64,000 bases of DNA from Clostridiales bacterium (GTDB lineage Bacteria > Bacillota > Clostridia > Oscillospirales > Oscillospiraceae), in NCBI GenBank assembly GCA_019420945.1, contig JAHZGF010000003.1, positions 1,288 to 65,287 on the forward strand, written 5' to 3'. The notes below the pieces were generated by a model, which made no database searches, was not told where the DNA came from, and saw only the letters and a list, made by a program, of their open reading frames with translations. Position 1 is the first letter of the stretch. The number at the start of each line of letters is the position of its first letter. The position numbers were made by a program, and so were the translations under genes. Below, one piece after another: positions 36,641-45,312 of the stretch.

Positions 36641-36943
36641 GATACTGTCGCAAGAACGTGCGATTATATAACGAAATAGTTGAACTCATGCTTGCGGCAA
36701 GGTACAGAAATCGCAGCATTTCGCCTTTCAACTCTGTGCCAATCATGCACATATCCAAGTGTGATTTCGTTACCTTTTGGCATATCCACTCCGATAATTT
36801 GCTTGTACAGTCAGCCGTTTCCCGTTTTTGGGGTATCCCCCCTTGCGAATTACGCAAAAATTTGCGTGAAGCCCCGCGCCGGTCTTTATACAAATTGAGC
36901 GTAGGGATTTTGACCCCCCCTTGGGGCCACCGCATGACAGCAA

Positions 36944-37846
36944 TTATTTTGTACCTCTTTTTGCCCTTTCCCGGTAGTAATACTCCTTTGATTTGAGTTT
37001 ATTCCTCACACTCTGGCATTCCAGCGTTCCGCAGTATTTCTGCCGGTTTCCCCGTTTTATGAACGCCTTACCGCAAGCCTGGCAGAACGCAATATTGGTT
37101 TTACCGCCGTAGTCATCCAGGGCGTTGGCATTCACCGCCATAAATCTGGCAAGACCGAAATAGGCTGCGTCTACCACGGATTTGACGGAGGGTTGCAGCT
37201 GGATCTGCCCGGTGGCGAGGTCATATTCCAGACCCATATTCAGTTTTGGTATCTTGTCAATAAACCGCTGCAGCACCAGAGGGCGGCGGGCGCTGTCCGT
37301 CCGATACCACTCCCGGATCAGATTCTCACGTTCGGGTACACGGACTTCATCATAAATTCTTTGGGCATTGCTTTCTTTGCCCTCTATCAGACTACGGATG
37401 GCGAAGGCTGTCATGGTGTCGGTATAGAGCTGCTCCAAATCCCGTACCATATCCTCCACGCAGATACGATAGCCCTCCAACACATTCACCAAGAAATCCC
37501 AAAAGTCATTCGGATCATCGTCATTCATTCCCAGGTGTACCATTTCGTCTCCGTAAAAATAGTAGGGATGGATATTTTCCATACTCCACCGAATCAGAAT
37601 CCGTGCGCATTCCTCCATGGACTTGTCCCGCAGTTCCAGATGGAGGTTACACAAATCAATCAGCAGTTCCTGACCCGCTGGATACCCCTTAAACACTTCG
37701 GGCGGCTTTTCCGGTTTATATACCGCATAGATCACCGATTTCCCACTCTCTGTTCCGATTCTGTATGAATGGAACCGGAGGGTGTGTTTTTTTATGTCTC
37801 CGATTCCGCCGATCTCATAATCCGTCAGTTCTCGTTTCAGATCCAT
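36944..37846 (-). CDS. Hypothetical element-encoded protein with a C-terminal zinc ribbon
   Basis: The start was chosen at MDLKREL after AAGGAGAG; the longest ORF starts at 37903. The C-terminus is FCQACGKAFIKRGNRQKYCGTLECQ. No family was recognised for the rest. Confidence 0.55.
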   Translation of the reverse strand: MDLKRELTDYEIGGIGDIKKHTLRFHSYRIGTESGKSVIYAVYKPEKPPEVFKGYPAGQELLIDLCNLHLELRDKSMEECARILIRWSMENIHPYYFYGDEMVHLGMNDDDPNDFWDFLVNVLEGYRICVEDMVRDLEQLYTDTMTAFAIRSLIEGKESNAQRIYDEVRVPERENLIREWYRTDSARRPLVLQRFIDKIPKLNMGLEYDLATGQIQLQPSVKSVVDAAYFGLARFMAVNANALDDYGGKTNIAFCQACGKAFIKRGNRQKYCGTLECQSVRNKLKSKEYYYRERAKRGTK

Positions 37847-37984
37847 AGAGTCACTCTCCTTTATCACCGAAAATCTTACCGTTAGAGTCGCGTATTTCAT
37901 CATTGTTCTTACCGATAGGACAAAGATTTATGCTCCTATTATATGCGATAATACAGCCAAACACAAGAGAAGGGAGTGAAATAT

Positions 37985-38164
37985 ATGAAAACGAGTTCTC
38001 ACAAGTCCGTATTCAATCTCAAGGAAGCGGCAGCTTACCTGGGAATCAGCGTACCCACACTGGTGCGGCTGCTGGGGAGCGGAGCCATTCCTTATCGCCG
38101 CGTGGGGCAGCGGTGGCTCATCGCGCGGGCTGCGCTGGATGATTGGCTGAACAAGAAAAACTAA
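37985..38164 (+). CDS. Excisionase-family / MerR-like HTH DNA-binding protein
   Basis: The sequence FNLKEAAAYLGISVPTLVRLLGSGAIPYRRVGQRWLIARAALDDWL is typical of Xis/AlpA-type HTH proteins. Confidence 0.75.
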   Translation: MKTSSHKSVFNLKEAAAYLGISVPTLVRLLGSGAIPYRRVGQRWLIARAALDDWLNKKN

Positions 38165-38180
38165 GGAAGGAGTGATCACC

Positions 38181-40439
38181 ATGGCCGAAAATACACCAAT
38201 CACCATATACACGGCAGATTGCATCGGCAACGCAGCCAACTGCCTGTATCCCAATGAAGTCAAAATCACGGATGACTTCTCCGCGAAGCTGGCCTTTTCC
38301 ACAGACATGGTCTGTGCCCGGTACAAAAACAACTATCGAAACACCGCAAACTTTGAGGTTGCCAACGCCCTGCCCGGGGACTGCGACAACGACCACTCCG
38401 AGATAGCAGCGGACTGGGTCACCCCGGAGGACATTGCAGACCTCTTTGCCGATGTTTCTTATGTGCTGCACTACAGCCGCCATCACATGAAGCCCAAAGG
38501 CGAGAAAAGCGCCCGTCCCCGGTTTCATATTGTTTTCCTCATTGACCCGGAGCAGGATGCAGACCGCTATACGGCGCTGAAGCAACGCCTGTTTGCGGCA
38601 TTCCCTTTTTTCGATGCCAACGCCATGGACGCCGCCCGGTTCCTGTTCGGCACGGAAGATCCCCAGGTCATCTATCACCCCGGCACGATTACCCTGAATG
38701 CCTTTCTGGATGACCTGGAGAACGAACAGGCTTTTGCCAACATGGGACACACCATTCCTGAGGGGAGCCGTAACAGCACCATGTCCCGGATCGGAGCCAG
38801 GATCATCAAGCGATACGGCGATACCCCGGAGGCAAAAGAGCTGTTCCTCCAGGCTGCTGGGCAATGCTCCCCACCCCTGGAGGAGCGGGAGTTGGAAAGC
38901 ATCTGGGTAGGAAAGCAACGGCTCTATGCCAAAATCTGCAAGCAGCCCGGGTATGTCCCACCGGATGCTTACAACAGTGCCGGCTCCGTAGTCTGGGACA
39001 CGCCCATTCCCTTTGACGAATATGACCTTCCCACATTTCCCGTGGACGCATTACCGGAGGTCATTCGCCGCTATGTGCTGGCGGTGGCAGAGTCCACCCA
39101 GACCACCGTGGATATGGCTGCGGTGGAGGCTTTGGGCGTTGTGTCCCTGTGCAGCCAGGGAAAATACTTCATCCGGGGCAATGCGGACTGGGCAGAACCC
39201 CTCAACACCTACACAGTCGTCATCCTTCCCCCGGCAGAGCGAAAATCCTCGGTGCTGTCCATGATGATCCGCCCGGTGGAAGTATTTGAAAAATTGGAAA
39301 ACGAACGGCGCAGCCCGGAAATCGTCAAAAGCCAAATGGAACTGAGCAAGCTGGAAAAGGAGAAGCGCAGTCTGGTGGAGCGGGCATCCAAGGGTAAAGC
39401 AACCGAGGAAGATATCAAGAACAAGGCCAAAGAAATAGCCGAATACGAACCGGTGAAACCGCTCCGACTCTTCGTGGACGATGTGACCTCCGAAAAGCTG
39501 ACTTCCGTTCTGGCCGAGAACAACGGTTGTGCGGCGGTGGTTTCCGCAGAGGGCGGTATCTTCGATATCATCAGCGGCCTGTACAGCCGCAACGTGAATA
39601 TCGATGTATTCCTCAAAGGCCACAGCGGCGATACCATCCGGGTTGACCGGATCGGCAGAGCCAGCGAGAGCATCATCCACCCGGCATTGACCATGGTACT
39701 GGCGGTACAGCCGGAAGTGCTGAACGGGCTGATGAGCAACAGCACCTTCCGTGGTCGCGGCCTTACGGCACGGTTCCTGTACGCCATGCCCAAGTCCACC
39801 GTTGGCAGCCGTTCTTTCTCCACGAAGCCAATCCCGGAGGGAGTCAGAGCCAGGTATCAGGCCTTGATTGAAACCATCCTGTCCGGTGACAATGAGCAGG
39901 AGCCGATCAGTCTGGACGATGGCGCCCGGGAAGTGCTGGAAACCTTGTTCAACGAGGTGGAAGGCAGACTGAAGGGTGACCTGGCGGAGATCCCCGACTG
40001 GGCAGGCAAATTTGTGGGAGCGGTTCTGCGTATCAGCGGGATTCTGCACGTCATGAAATACCCAAAGGACTCCATGTTCGATCCCGTCAGCAGAGAAACC
40101 ATGGAGAGTGCTGTTACCATCGGCAGATACTTTCTGGAACACGCCAAAGCCGCATATTCCCTCATGGGTGCCGATGCCGTAAACAAGAACGCCCAGTATC
40201 TGCTCTCCGCCATCAGGCGGGAGCGGCTTGAGGAGTTTTCCCGCCGGGATGCCATGCGGCTGTGCCGCCGTTTCAAGACCGCCGAGAGTCTGCAGCCTGT
40301 GCTGGATCGGCTGTGCGAATACGGCTATCTTGCCGCCAAGCCGCTGCCACCCGCCCACGGAGCGGGAAGAAAGCCCTCGGAAGTTTACCTGACCAATCCG
40401 GCTGTGCTGGAGGATTTCGCCGGGGAGGGGCGGTCATAA
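38181..40439 (+). CDS. Primase-C-terminal (PriCT)-like plus DUF3987 replication protein of an integrative element
   Basis: The PriCT-like segment is IPEGSRNSTMSRIGARIIKRYGD...CSPPLEERELESIW. The DUF3987-like core is FPVDALPEVIRRYVLAVAESTQT. The start was chosen at the ATG after AAGGAAGGAG. Confidence 0.65.
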   Translation: MAENTPITIYTADCIGNAANCLYPNEVKITDDFSAKLAFSTDMVCARYKNNYRNTANFEVANALPGDCDNDHSEIAADWVTPEDIADLFADVSYVLHYSRHHMKPKGEKSARPRFHIVFLIDPEQDADRYTALKQRLFAAFPFFDANAMDAARFLFGTEDPQVIYHPGTITLNAFLDDLENEQAFANMGHTIPEGSRNSTMSRIGARIIKRYGDTPEAKELFLQAAGQCSPPLEERELESIWVGKQRLYAKICKQPGYVPPDAYNSAGSVVWDTPIPFDEYDLPTFPVDALPEVIRRYVLAVAESTQTTVDMAAVEALGVVSLCSQGKYFIRGNADWAEPLNTYTVVILPPAERKSSVLSMMIRPVEVFEKLENERRSPEIVKSQMELSKLEKEKRSLVERASKGKATEEDIKNKAKEIAEYEPVKPLRLFVDDVTSEKLTSVLAENNGCAAVVSAEGGIFDIISGLYSRNVNIDVFLKGHSGDTIRVDRIGRASESIIHPALTMVLAVQPEVLNGLMSNSTFRGRGLTARFLYAMPKSTVGSRSFSTKPIPEGVRARYQALIETILSGDNEQEPISLDDGAREVLETLFNEVEGRLKGDLAEIPDWAGKFVGAVLRISGILHVMKYPKDSMFDPVSRETMESAVTIGRYFLEHAKAAYSLMGADAVNKNAQYLLSAIRRERLEEFSRRDAMRLCRRFKTAESLQPVLDRLCEYGYLAAKPLPPAHGAGRKPSEVYLTNPAVLEDFAGEGRS

Positions 40440-40541
40440 TCTCCGGGGCTTCTTGTCCGGACAACGGGCGTGGGGTCTCACGCACAAAATCGCAAATTCA
40501 AAAGGGGAATTACCCAAAAATCAAACCCGGGAGGTTTCAAT

Positions 40542-40949
40542 ATGACCAAACATGAAATCGAAATTCTGAATGTCATGCGCAGCCGTGGCAAGACCGCCAT
40601 GGACATTGCGCTCGCCCTTCAGATCTCCGTCAATACCGTTCGTTCTTACATCCGCCGCCACCCGCCGGAAGATGCTGTCCGGGTCGAATGCCGCCAGTGC
40701 GGAAAGCCCATTCTCCAGGTGAAAGGCAGAAAGGCCAAATGCTTCTGCTCTGACAAGTGCCGGAACGCCTGGTGGAACGCCCACCCGGAGAAGGTGCAGC
40801 GAAAAGCCTATTACCATCTGACCTGCGAATACTGTGGAAAGGAGTTTATCAGCTATGGCAACCGGAAACGTAAATACTGCTCCCGTCCCTGTTACGCCGA
40901 CGCAAGAAGATCTCATTCGGTATCGGATACTCTGCGCAATGCTGGATAA
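40542..40949 (+). CDS. Sigma-70-region-4-like HTH plus double zinc-ribbon protein
   Basis: The HTH is KTAMDIALALQISVNTVRSYIRRH. Two zinc-ribbon units follow: CRQCGKP...CFCSDKC and CEYCGKEF...KYCSRPC. A GGGAGG RBS is present. Confidence 0.65.
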   Translation: MTKHEIEILNVMRSRGKTAMDIALALQISVNTVRSYIRRHPPEDAVRVECRQCGKPILQVKGRKAKCFCSDKCRNAWWNAHPEKVQRKAYYHLTCEYCGKEFISYGNRKRKYCSRPCYADARRSHSVSDTLRNAG

Positions 40950-41049
40950 TCTCTGCCGGGAGGGAGAGCTGGATGCCCAAACCCGCGACCGGGCAAACGC
41001 CGTTCTCGCCATGAAAACCGGCCTGAAACAGGACAGTATATTCATTTGA
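40855..41049 (+). CDS. Small recombinase-associated protein (hypothetical), overlapping the upstream gene
   Basis: The ORF is out of frame with the 3' end of 40542-40949. AAGGAG lies 10 nt before the ATG. It resembles the ORF at 20721-20915. The start is uncertain. Confidence 0.35.
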   Translation: MATGNVNTAPVPVTPTQEDLIRYRILCAMLDNLCREGELDAQTRDRANAVLAMKTGLKQDSIFI

Positions 41050-41132
41050 AATTCGTCACTATATGGACTTGCTATATCCTCCGAAACGAGCAATATATGT
41101 AGCTGACGATACTTGATACAAAGGAGGATACC

Positions 41133-42410
41133 ATGTCAAGAACCGTAGAACAAATCCAATTTGCACCCCGGATGCCCAAGCCCCTCCGGGTGGCGGCATA
41201 CGCCAGAGTGTCCAGCGGCAAGGATGCCATGCTTCACTCCCTGGCGGCCCAGGTGGATCATTACAGCACCTTTATCCGCCACCATCACGGCTGGGAGTAT
41301 GTGGGCGTTTACGCCGACGAAGCCAAGACCGGCACCAGAGACAGCCGGGAGAACTTCCAGCGGATGCTCACCGACTGCCGTGCCGGAAAGATCGATCACA
41401 TTATCACCAAGTCCATATCCCGGTTTTCCCGGAATACCGTGACTCTTCTGGAAACGGTACGGGAGCTGAAAGAACTGGGCATCAGCGTTTATTTTGAAGA
41501 ACAGTCCATCGACACCGCCACCGCTGACGGAGAGTTGATGCTTTCCATCCTGGCAAGCTATGCCCAGGAGGAAAGTCTCTCCGCCAGCGAAAACCAGAAG
41601 TGGCGGGTGAAACGGAACTTTGAAGAAGGCATCCCCTGGCGATTCTTCATGCTGGGCTACCGCCGGGAGAACGGGAAGCTGGCCATTGTCCCGGAAGAAG
41701 CGGAGATCGTCAGAAGCATCTTCGATGACTACTTGGCTGGAAAGGGTGTCACCGCCATCGCCAAACGGCTGAACGAAAGCGGATACGCCACCCAGAGCGG
41801 CTGCGTGTTCCACAAGAGTGCCGTGGAACGAATTCTCCGCAACTATGCCTATACCGGGAATCTCCTGCTCCAGACCAAATTCCGGGAGAACCATCTGACC
41901 AAAGTCACCCGGAAAAACCAGGGCGAACTGCCCCGGTATCACGCGACGGACACCCACGAAGCCATCATTCCGCCGGAAACTTTCAATGCCGTCCAGGCGG
42001 AGATCCGGCGGAGAAAAGAGAAGTATGCCCCCACCAAGCCACAGCAACCATCCCCCTTCACGGGGCTTATCACCTGCGCCATATGCGGCAAACACTACCG
42101 CCGCAAAACCACCGCTACGGGGCCGGTCTGGATCTGCTCCACCTACAATTCCTACGGCAAATCCTACTGCCCCTCCAAAGCCATCCCGGAGGAAAAGCTG
42201 ATGCAGACCGTCGCCCTGGTTGGGCATACGGGCGAAATAACGGCGATTACCGCCCACAACGATAATCTTCTGGAGTTCACCCTCAAGGACGGAACCAACG
42301 CCGTGAAGCGGTGGCAGGACCGCTCCCGTGCCGAGAGTTGGACAGTGGAAATGCGCCGGGCCGCCGGAGAGAAAACACGGGAAAGGAAGCAGCACCATGC
42401 CGAAAGCTAA
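41133..42410 (+). CDS. Large serine recombinase
   Basis: Supporting segments are VAAYARVSSGKDAMLHSLAAQ, IITKSISRFSRNTVTLLETVRELK, a recombinase domain and the Cys cluster CAICGKHY...WICSTY. Confidence 0.9.
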   Translation: MSRTVEQIQFAPRMPKPLRVAAYARVSSGKDAMLHSLAAQVDHYSTFIRHHHGWEYVGVYADEAKTGTRDSRENFQRMLTDCRAGKIDHIITKSISRFSRNTVTLLETVRELKELGISVYFEEQSIDTATADGELMLSILASYAQEESLSASENQKWRVKRNFEEGIPWRFFMLGYRRENGKLAIVPEEAEIVRSIFDDYLAGKGVTAIAKRLNESGYATQSGCVFHKSAVERILRNYAYTGNLLLQTKFRENHLTKVTRKNQGELPRYHATDTHEAIIPPETFNAVQAEIRRRKEKYAPTKPQQPSPFTGLITCAICGKHYRRKTTATGPVWICSTYNSYGKSYCPSKAIPEEKLMQTVALVGHTGEITAITAHNDNLLEFTLKDGTNAVKRWQDRSRAESWTVEMRRAAGEKTRERKQHHAES

Positions 42411-43986
42411 AAATGTCACCGTCATCCCCGCCACACTGAATATCCATACCAAAACACCCACCAAGGAGCGGGTTCGCCGCCGGGTAGCCGCTTACGCCCG
42501 TGTCTCCACGGACAGCGAAGAACAGCTCACCTCCTATGAGGCCCAGGTGGATTACTACACCAGGTTCATTCAGGAGAACCCCGACTGGGACTTCGTGGAG
42601 GTCTACACCGACGAGGGCATCAGCGCCGTCAACACCAAGCGCCGGGACGGCTTCAACCGCATGATCCGGGATGCCCTGGCTGGAAAAATCGACCTGATTG
42701 TGACCAAGAGTGTGAGCCGATTCGCGCGAAATACCGTGGACAGCCTGACCACCATCCGCAAGTTGAAGGAGGCCGGCTGTGAGTGCTTCTTCCAGAAAGA
42801 AAACATCATGACCTTCGACTCCAAGGGGGAATTGCTCATCACCATCATGTCCAGTCTGGCTCAGGAGGAAAGCCGCAGCATCTCCGAAAACGTCACCTGG
42901 GGGCAGCGGAAACGGTTCTCCGACGGTAAAGTCAGCATCCCTTACGGCCAGTTCCTGGGCTACCGCAAAGGTGCTGACGGACTGCCGGAGATCGTCCCGG
43001 AGGAAGCGGAGATCGTCAAACGCATCTACCGTGAGTTCCTTCAGGGGAAATCCACCAATGCCATCGCCGCCATGCTGACGGAGGAGTGTATCCCTACTCC
43101 CGGAAAAAAGGCCGTCTGGCAGAGAGCCACCGTGGAGAGCATCCTGCGGAACGAAAAGTACAAGGGCTCCGCACTGCTTCAGAAGTCTTTCACGGTGGAT
43201 TTTCTCACCAAGAAAACCAAGATCAACGAGGGAGAGGTTCCCCAGTACTATGTGGAGGACAGCCACCCCGCCATCATCGAATCCTGGGAATGGGAGCAGG
43301 TTCAGGTGGAGCTGGAACGGCGCAAAAACAGCCGCAACCGTCACCATCAGACCAGCCCCTTCTCCGGGAAGATCATCTGTGCCGACTGCGGAGATATTTT
43401 CGGAGCAAAGACCTGGCACTCCACCGACCGCTACCGCCGTGTTATCTGGCAATGCAACGGCAAGTTCAAAGGGGAACGCAAATGCGAAACACCCCACCTG
43501 ACCGAGGATCGGCTGAAAGAACTATACCTAACCGCCCTTGGGGAGTATCTTTCCGACCGGGACGCCGCCATCGACCGGCTCCGCTATGCCCAGCGGATGC
43601 TCACGGACACGGACTTCATTGATGCGGATATTCAGGCTTTGGAAGAGGAACTCACCACCATCACCGGGATGCTGCGCCTGTGCATTGCAGAAAATGCTGC
43701 CAACACCATGACCGAAGAAACCTACCGTACCACCCACGCCGAACTGTGCAACCGCTTTGAAGAAACCGAAGCCAAGCTGGCAGCACTGCAAAAACAGCGG
43801 GACAAGATGAAAGCGGACGCCATCACCATCGGCGGCATGATGTTCGAACTGGGTGAGTTGGACACCCTGCCCGTAGTCTTCGACGAAAAACTCTGGCACG
43901 GCACTATCGACCACGTCACCGCCCACGCCGATGAACGGGTGGTGTTTCACTTCAAGGACGGGAAGGAAATCGTAACGAGGCTATGA
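42397..43986 (+). CDS. Large serine recombinase (second of a tandem pair)
   Basis: Supporting segments are VAAYARVSTDSEEQLTSYEAQ, LIVTKSVSRFARNTVDSLTTIRKLK, the zinc ribbon CADCGDIFGAKTWHS...WQCNGKFKGERKC and a C-terminal coiled coil. The start overlaps the upstream stop by 14 nt. Confidence 0.9.
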   Translation: MPKAKNVTVIPATLNIHTKTPTKERVRRRVAAYARVSTDSEEQLTSYEAQVDYYTRFIQENPDWDFVEVYTDEGISAVNTKRRDGFNRMIRDALAGKIDLIVTKSVSRFARNTVDSLTTIRKLKEAGCECFFQKENIMTFDSKGELLITIMSSLAQEESRSISENVTWGQRKRFSDGKVSIPYGQFLGYRKGADGLPEIVPEEAEIVKRIYREFLQGKSTNAIAAMLTEECIPTPGKKAVWQRATVESILRNEKYKGSALLQKSFTVDFLTKKTKINEGEVPQYYVEDSHPAIIESWEWEQVQVELERRKNSRNRHHQTSPFSGKIICADCGDIFGAKTWHSTDRYRRVIWQCNGKFKGERKCETPHLTEDRLKELYLTALGEYLSDRDAAIDRLRYAQRMLTDTDFIDADIQALEEELTTITGMLRLCIAENAANTMTEETYRTTHAELCNRFEETEAKLAALQKQRDKMKADAITIGGMMFELGELDTLPVVFDEKLWHGTIDHVTAHADERVVFHFKDGKEIVTRL

Positions 43987-44073
43987 AATATTACAGAAAC
44001 AGGCCCAGGCTGGTAGGGAAAATCCTGCTGACCTGGGTCCTCTTCAGATGTTCCAGATGTAGTTTTCCTCCAC

Positions 44074-44352
44074 TCATTCATTCCCGGTGGCACTTCTCAT
44101 CACTTCCAGCATCATTCTTCCACCCAAACGGAAGCTGTTTTGGAACAGCAGACATTCTGCCAAAACCTGATATTCTCTGACGCAATCTGCATACTTGGTA
44201 AACAATTCCTTCTGTTCTTCAGTCATGGTTGCCAGCAGCTTGTCCTCATTCCGGCTGATCAGCTGGAGCAGTTCCTTGTACTCCTTACCGGAAGAAGTAT
44301 CATATTCCGCCGGTTCGATGTTGCCATACCAGAATTCTTCCAAAATATTCAT
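44074..44352 (-). CDS. Small MGE-associated protein (DUF6809-like)
   Basis: The sequence MNILEEFWYGNIEPAEYD...TEEQKELFTKYADCVREYQ resembles a small conserved family seen on Firmicute mobile elements. The family name is from memory. Confidence 0.45.
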   Translation of the reverse strand: MNILEEFWYGNIEPAEYDTSSGKEYKELLQLISRNEDKLLATMTEEQKELFTKYADCVREYQVLAECLLFQNSFRLGGRMMLEVMRSATGNE

Positions 44353-44690
44353 AACATCACCCTCCGCAAAAAGTGTGTGTGATGTTAACTCCGGCGGCGG
44401 CAAATTACAAGCAGGTGATCTGCCAGAATTACAACTGTCCTTTTTGTCCTTTCTGTCCCATGGGTATCAATAAAAAACGCCCATATCCGGGGGATACTCC
44501 CAGCCATGGACGGTTTCATATGTATAGAAAATAATAATTTATCGTTTATATTCTTATAACGATTACCATTTTACCAACCCCTGTCTTTTCAGACCATGGC
44601 CGCATCAAATCCGGGCGTACAATGTGCTTATGGCCGAAAATATTCGAAATATTCCCGGTTTCCTTCCAAAAACATCCCCAGAACGGCAAT

Positions 44691-44733
44691 AAATAAAAAG
44701 TTACCGTTGTTGAAATTGTATCAACAACGGTAA
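44691..44733 (-). terminator. Rho-independent terminator (minus strand)
   Basis: A 13-bp perfect stem (ttaccgttgttga / tcaacaacggtaa) is followed on the minus strand by cttttTattT. Confidence 0.7.
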
Positions 44734-44957
44734 CTGATTTGAAAGTAAAGACCTATTTTGATACCAAATGCACACGGTACTAACCTTTTATTAAAAAGTT
44801 TACCCATTGTTAAAAGGTGCACCGGGAAATCGCCGCCGACATAGCGTTTTCCTTCCACATTCATAGCATTTCAGAAATACGCGAAATCAGCAGTTTGTAC
44901 CGCTTGGCAGTATCGGCATTTTTGCCGCAGTATTGTCTGAGCATTTCCTCATTCGGC

Positions 44958-45251
44958 TCATATAGCCGTAATAGCTTGGCGGTGGATGTGGGCTTTTTGA
45001 GTGCTATTTATCGGGTGGATTGGCGTAAATACAAAAGGACACAGCGATACTCCATTGAAACCGCCATGTCCTAAAAAGATTTCACTTATCACACTCTTCG
45101 ATACATTGATTAGCGTTTCTGTTTTACAATTCGGACAAAAGAGTGAGAATTTCTTGAACTCTGTATCAGGGTGCACCTTAATTCGGGTTTTGTTCTTACA
45201 GTTTGGGAATAGCAACCAGCTTTCCTCTTCCAAGATATCTCCTTCTTCCAA
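44958..45251 (-). CDS. Cysteine-rich KTR-type small protein (with an unusual C-terminal extension)
   Basis: The segment FPNCKNKTRIKVHPDTEFKKFSLFCPNCKTETLINV matches the Cys-rich KTR pattern. About 45 additional residues may be read-through. Confidence 0.5.
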   Translation of the reverse strand: MEEGDILEEESWLLFPNCKNKTRIKVHPDTEFKKFSLFCPNCKTETLINVSKSVISEIFLGHGGFNGVSLCPFVFTPIHPINSTQKAHIHRQAITAI

Positions 45252-45312
45252 TATGAATAATCCTCAATTGAAGAAGCTATAGACATAAAGGTGCATCCAT
45301 TTCCTAAAAACT

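Larger units (their letters stand above)
20640..44040. mobile_element. Integrative element, or two adjacent elements, bounded by large serine recombinase genes and carrying the defence operon
   Basis: Recombinase 1 lies at the left. Xis-HTH, PriCT/DUF3987, an HTH-zinc-ribbon gene and two tandem recombinases lie at the right. The exact att sites could not be determined by eye. Confidence 0.5.

Noticed and set aside
36618-36996. ORFs of 72-123 aa lie on both strands in the leader between the 300-aa gene and the XRE gene.
   Set aside because: They lack RBSs, overlap the promoter and dyads or the end of the neighbouring gene, and have no coding-like composition.
44001-44040. A possible terminator hairpin lies between the convergent recombinase 3 and DUF6809-like genes.
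   Set aside because: Only a 6-bp stem (cccagg/cctggg) with a long, poorly paired interior is present, and there is no T-tract. This is not strong enough to annotate.
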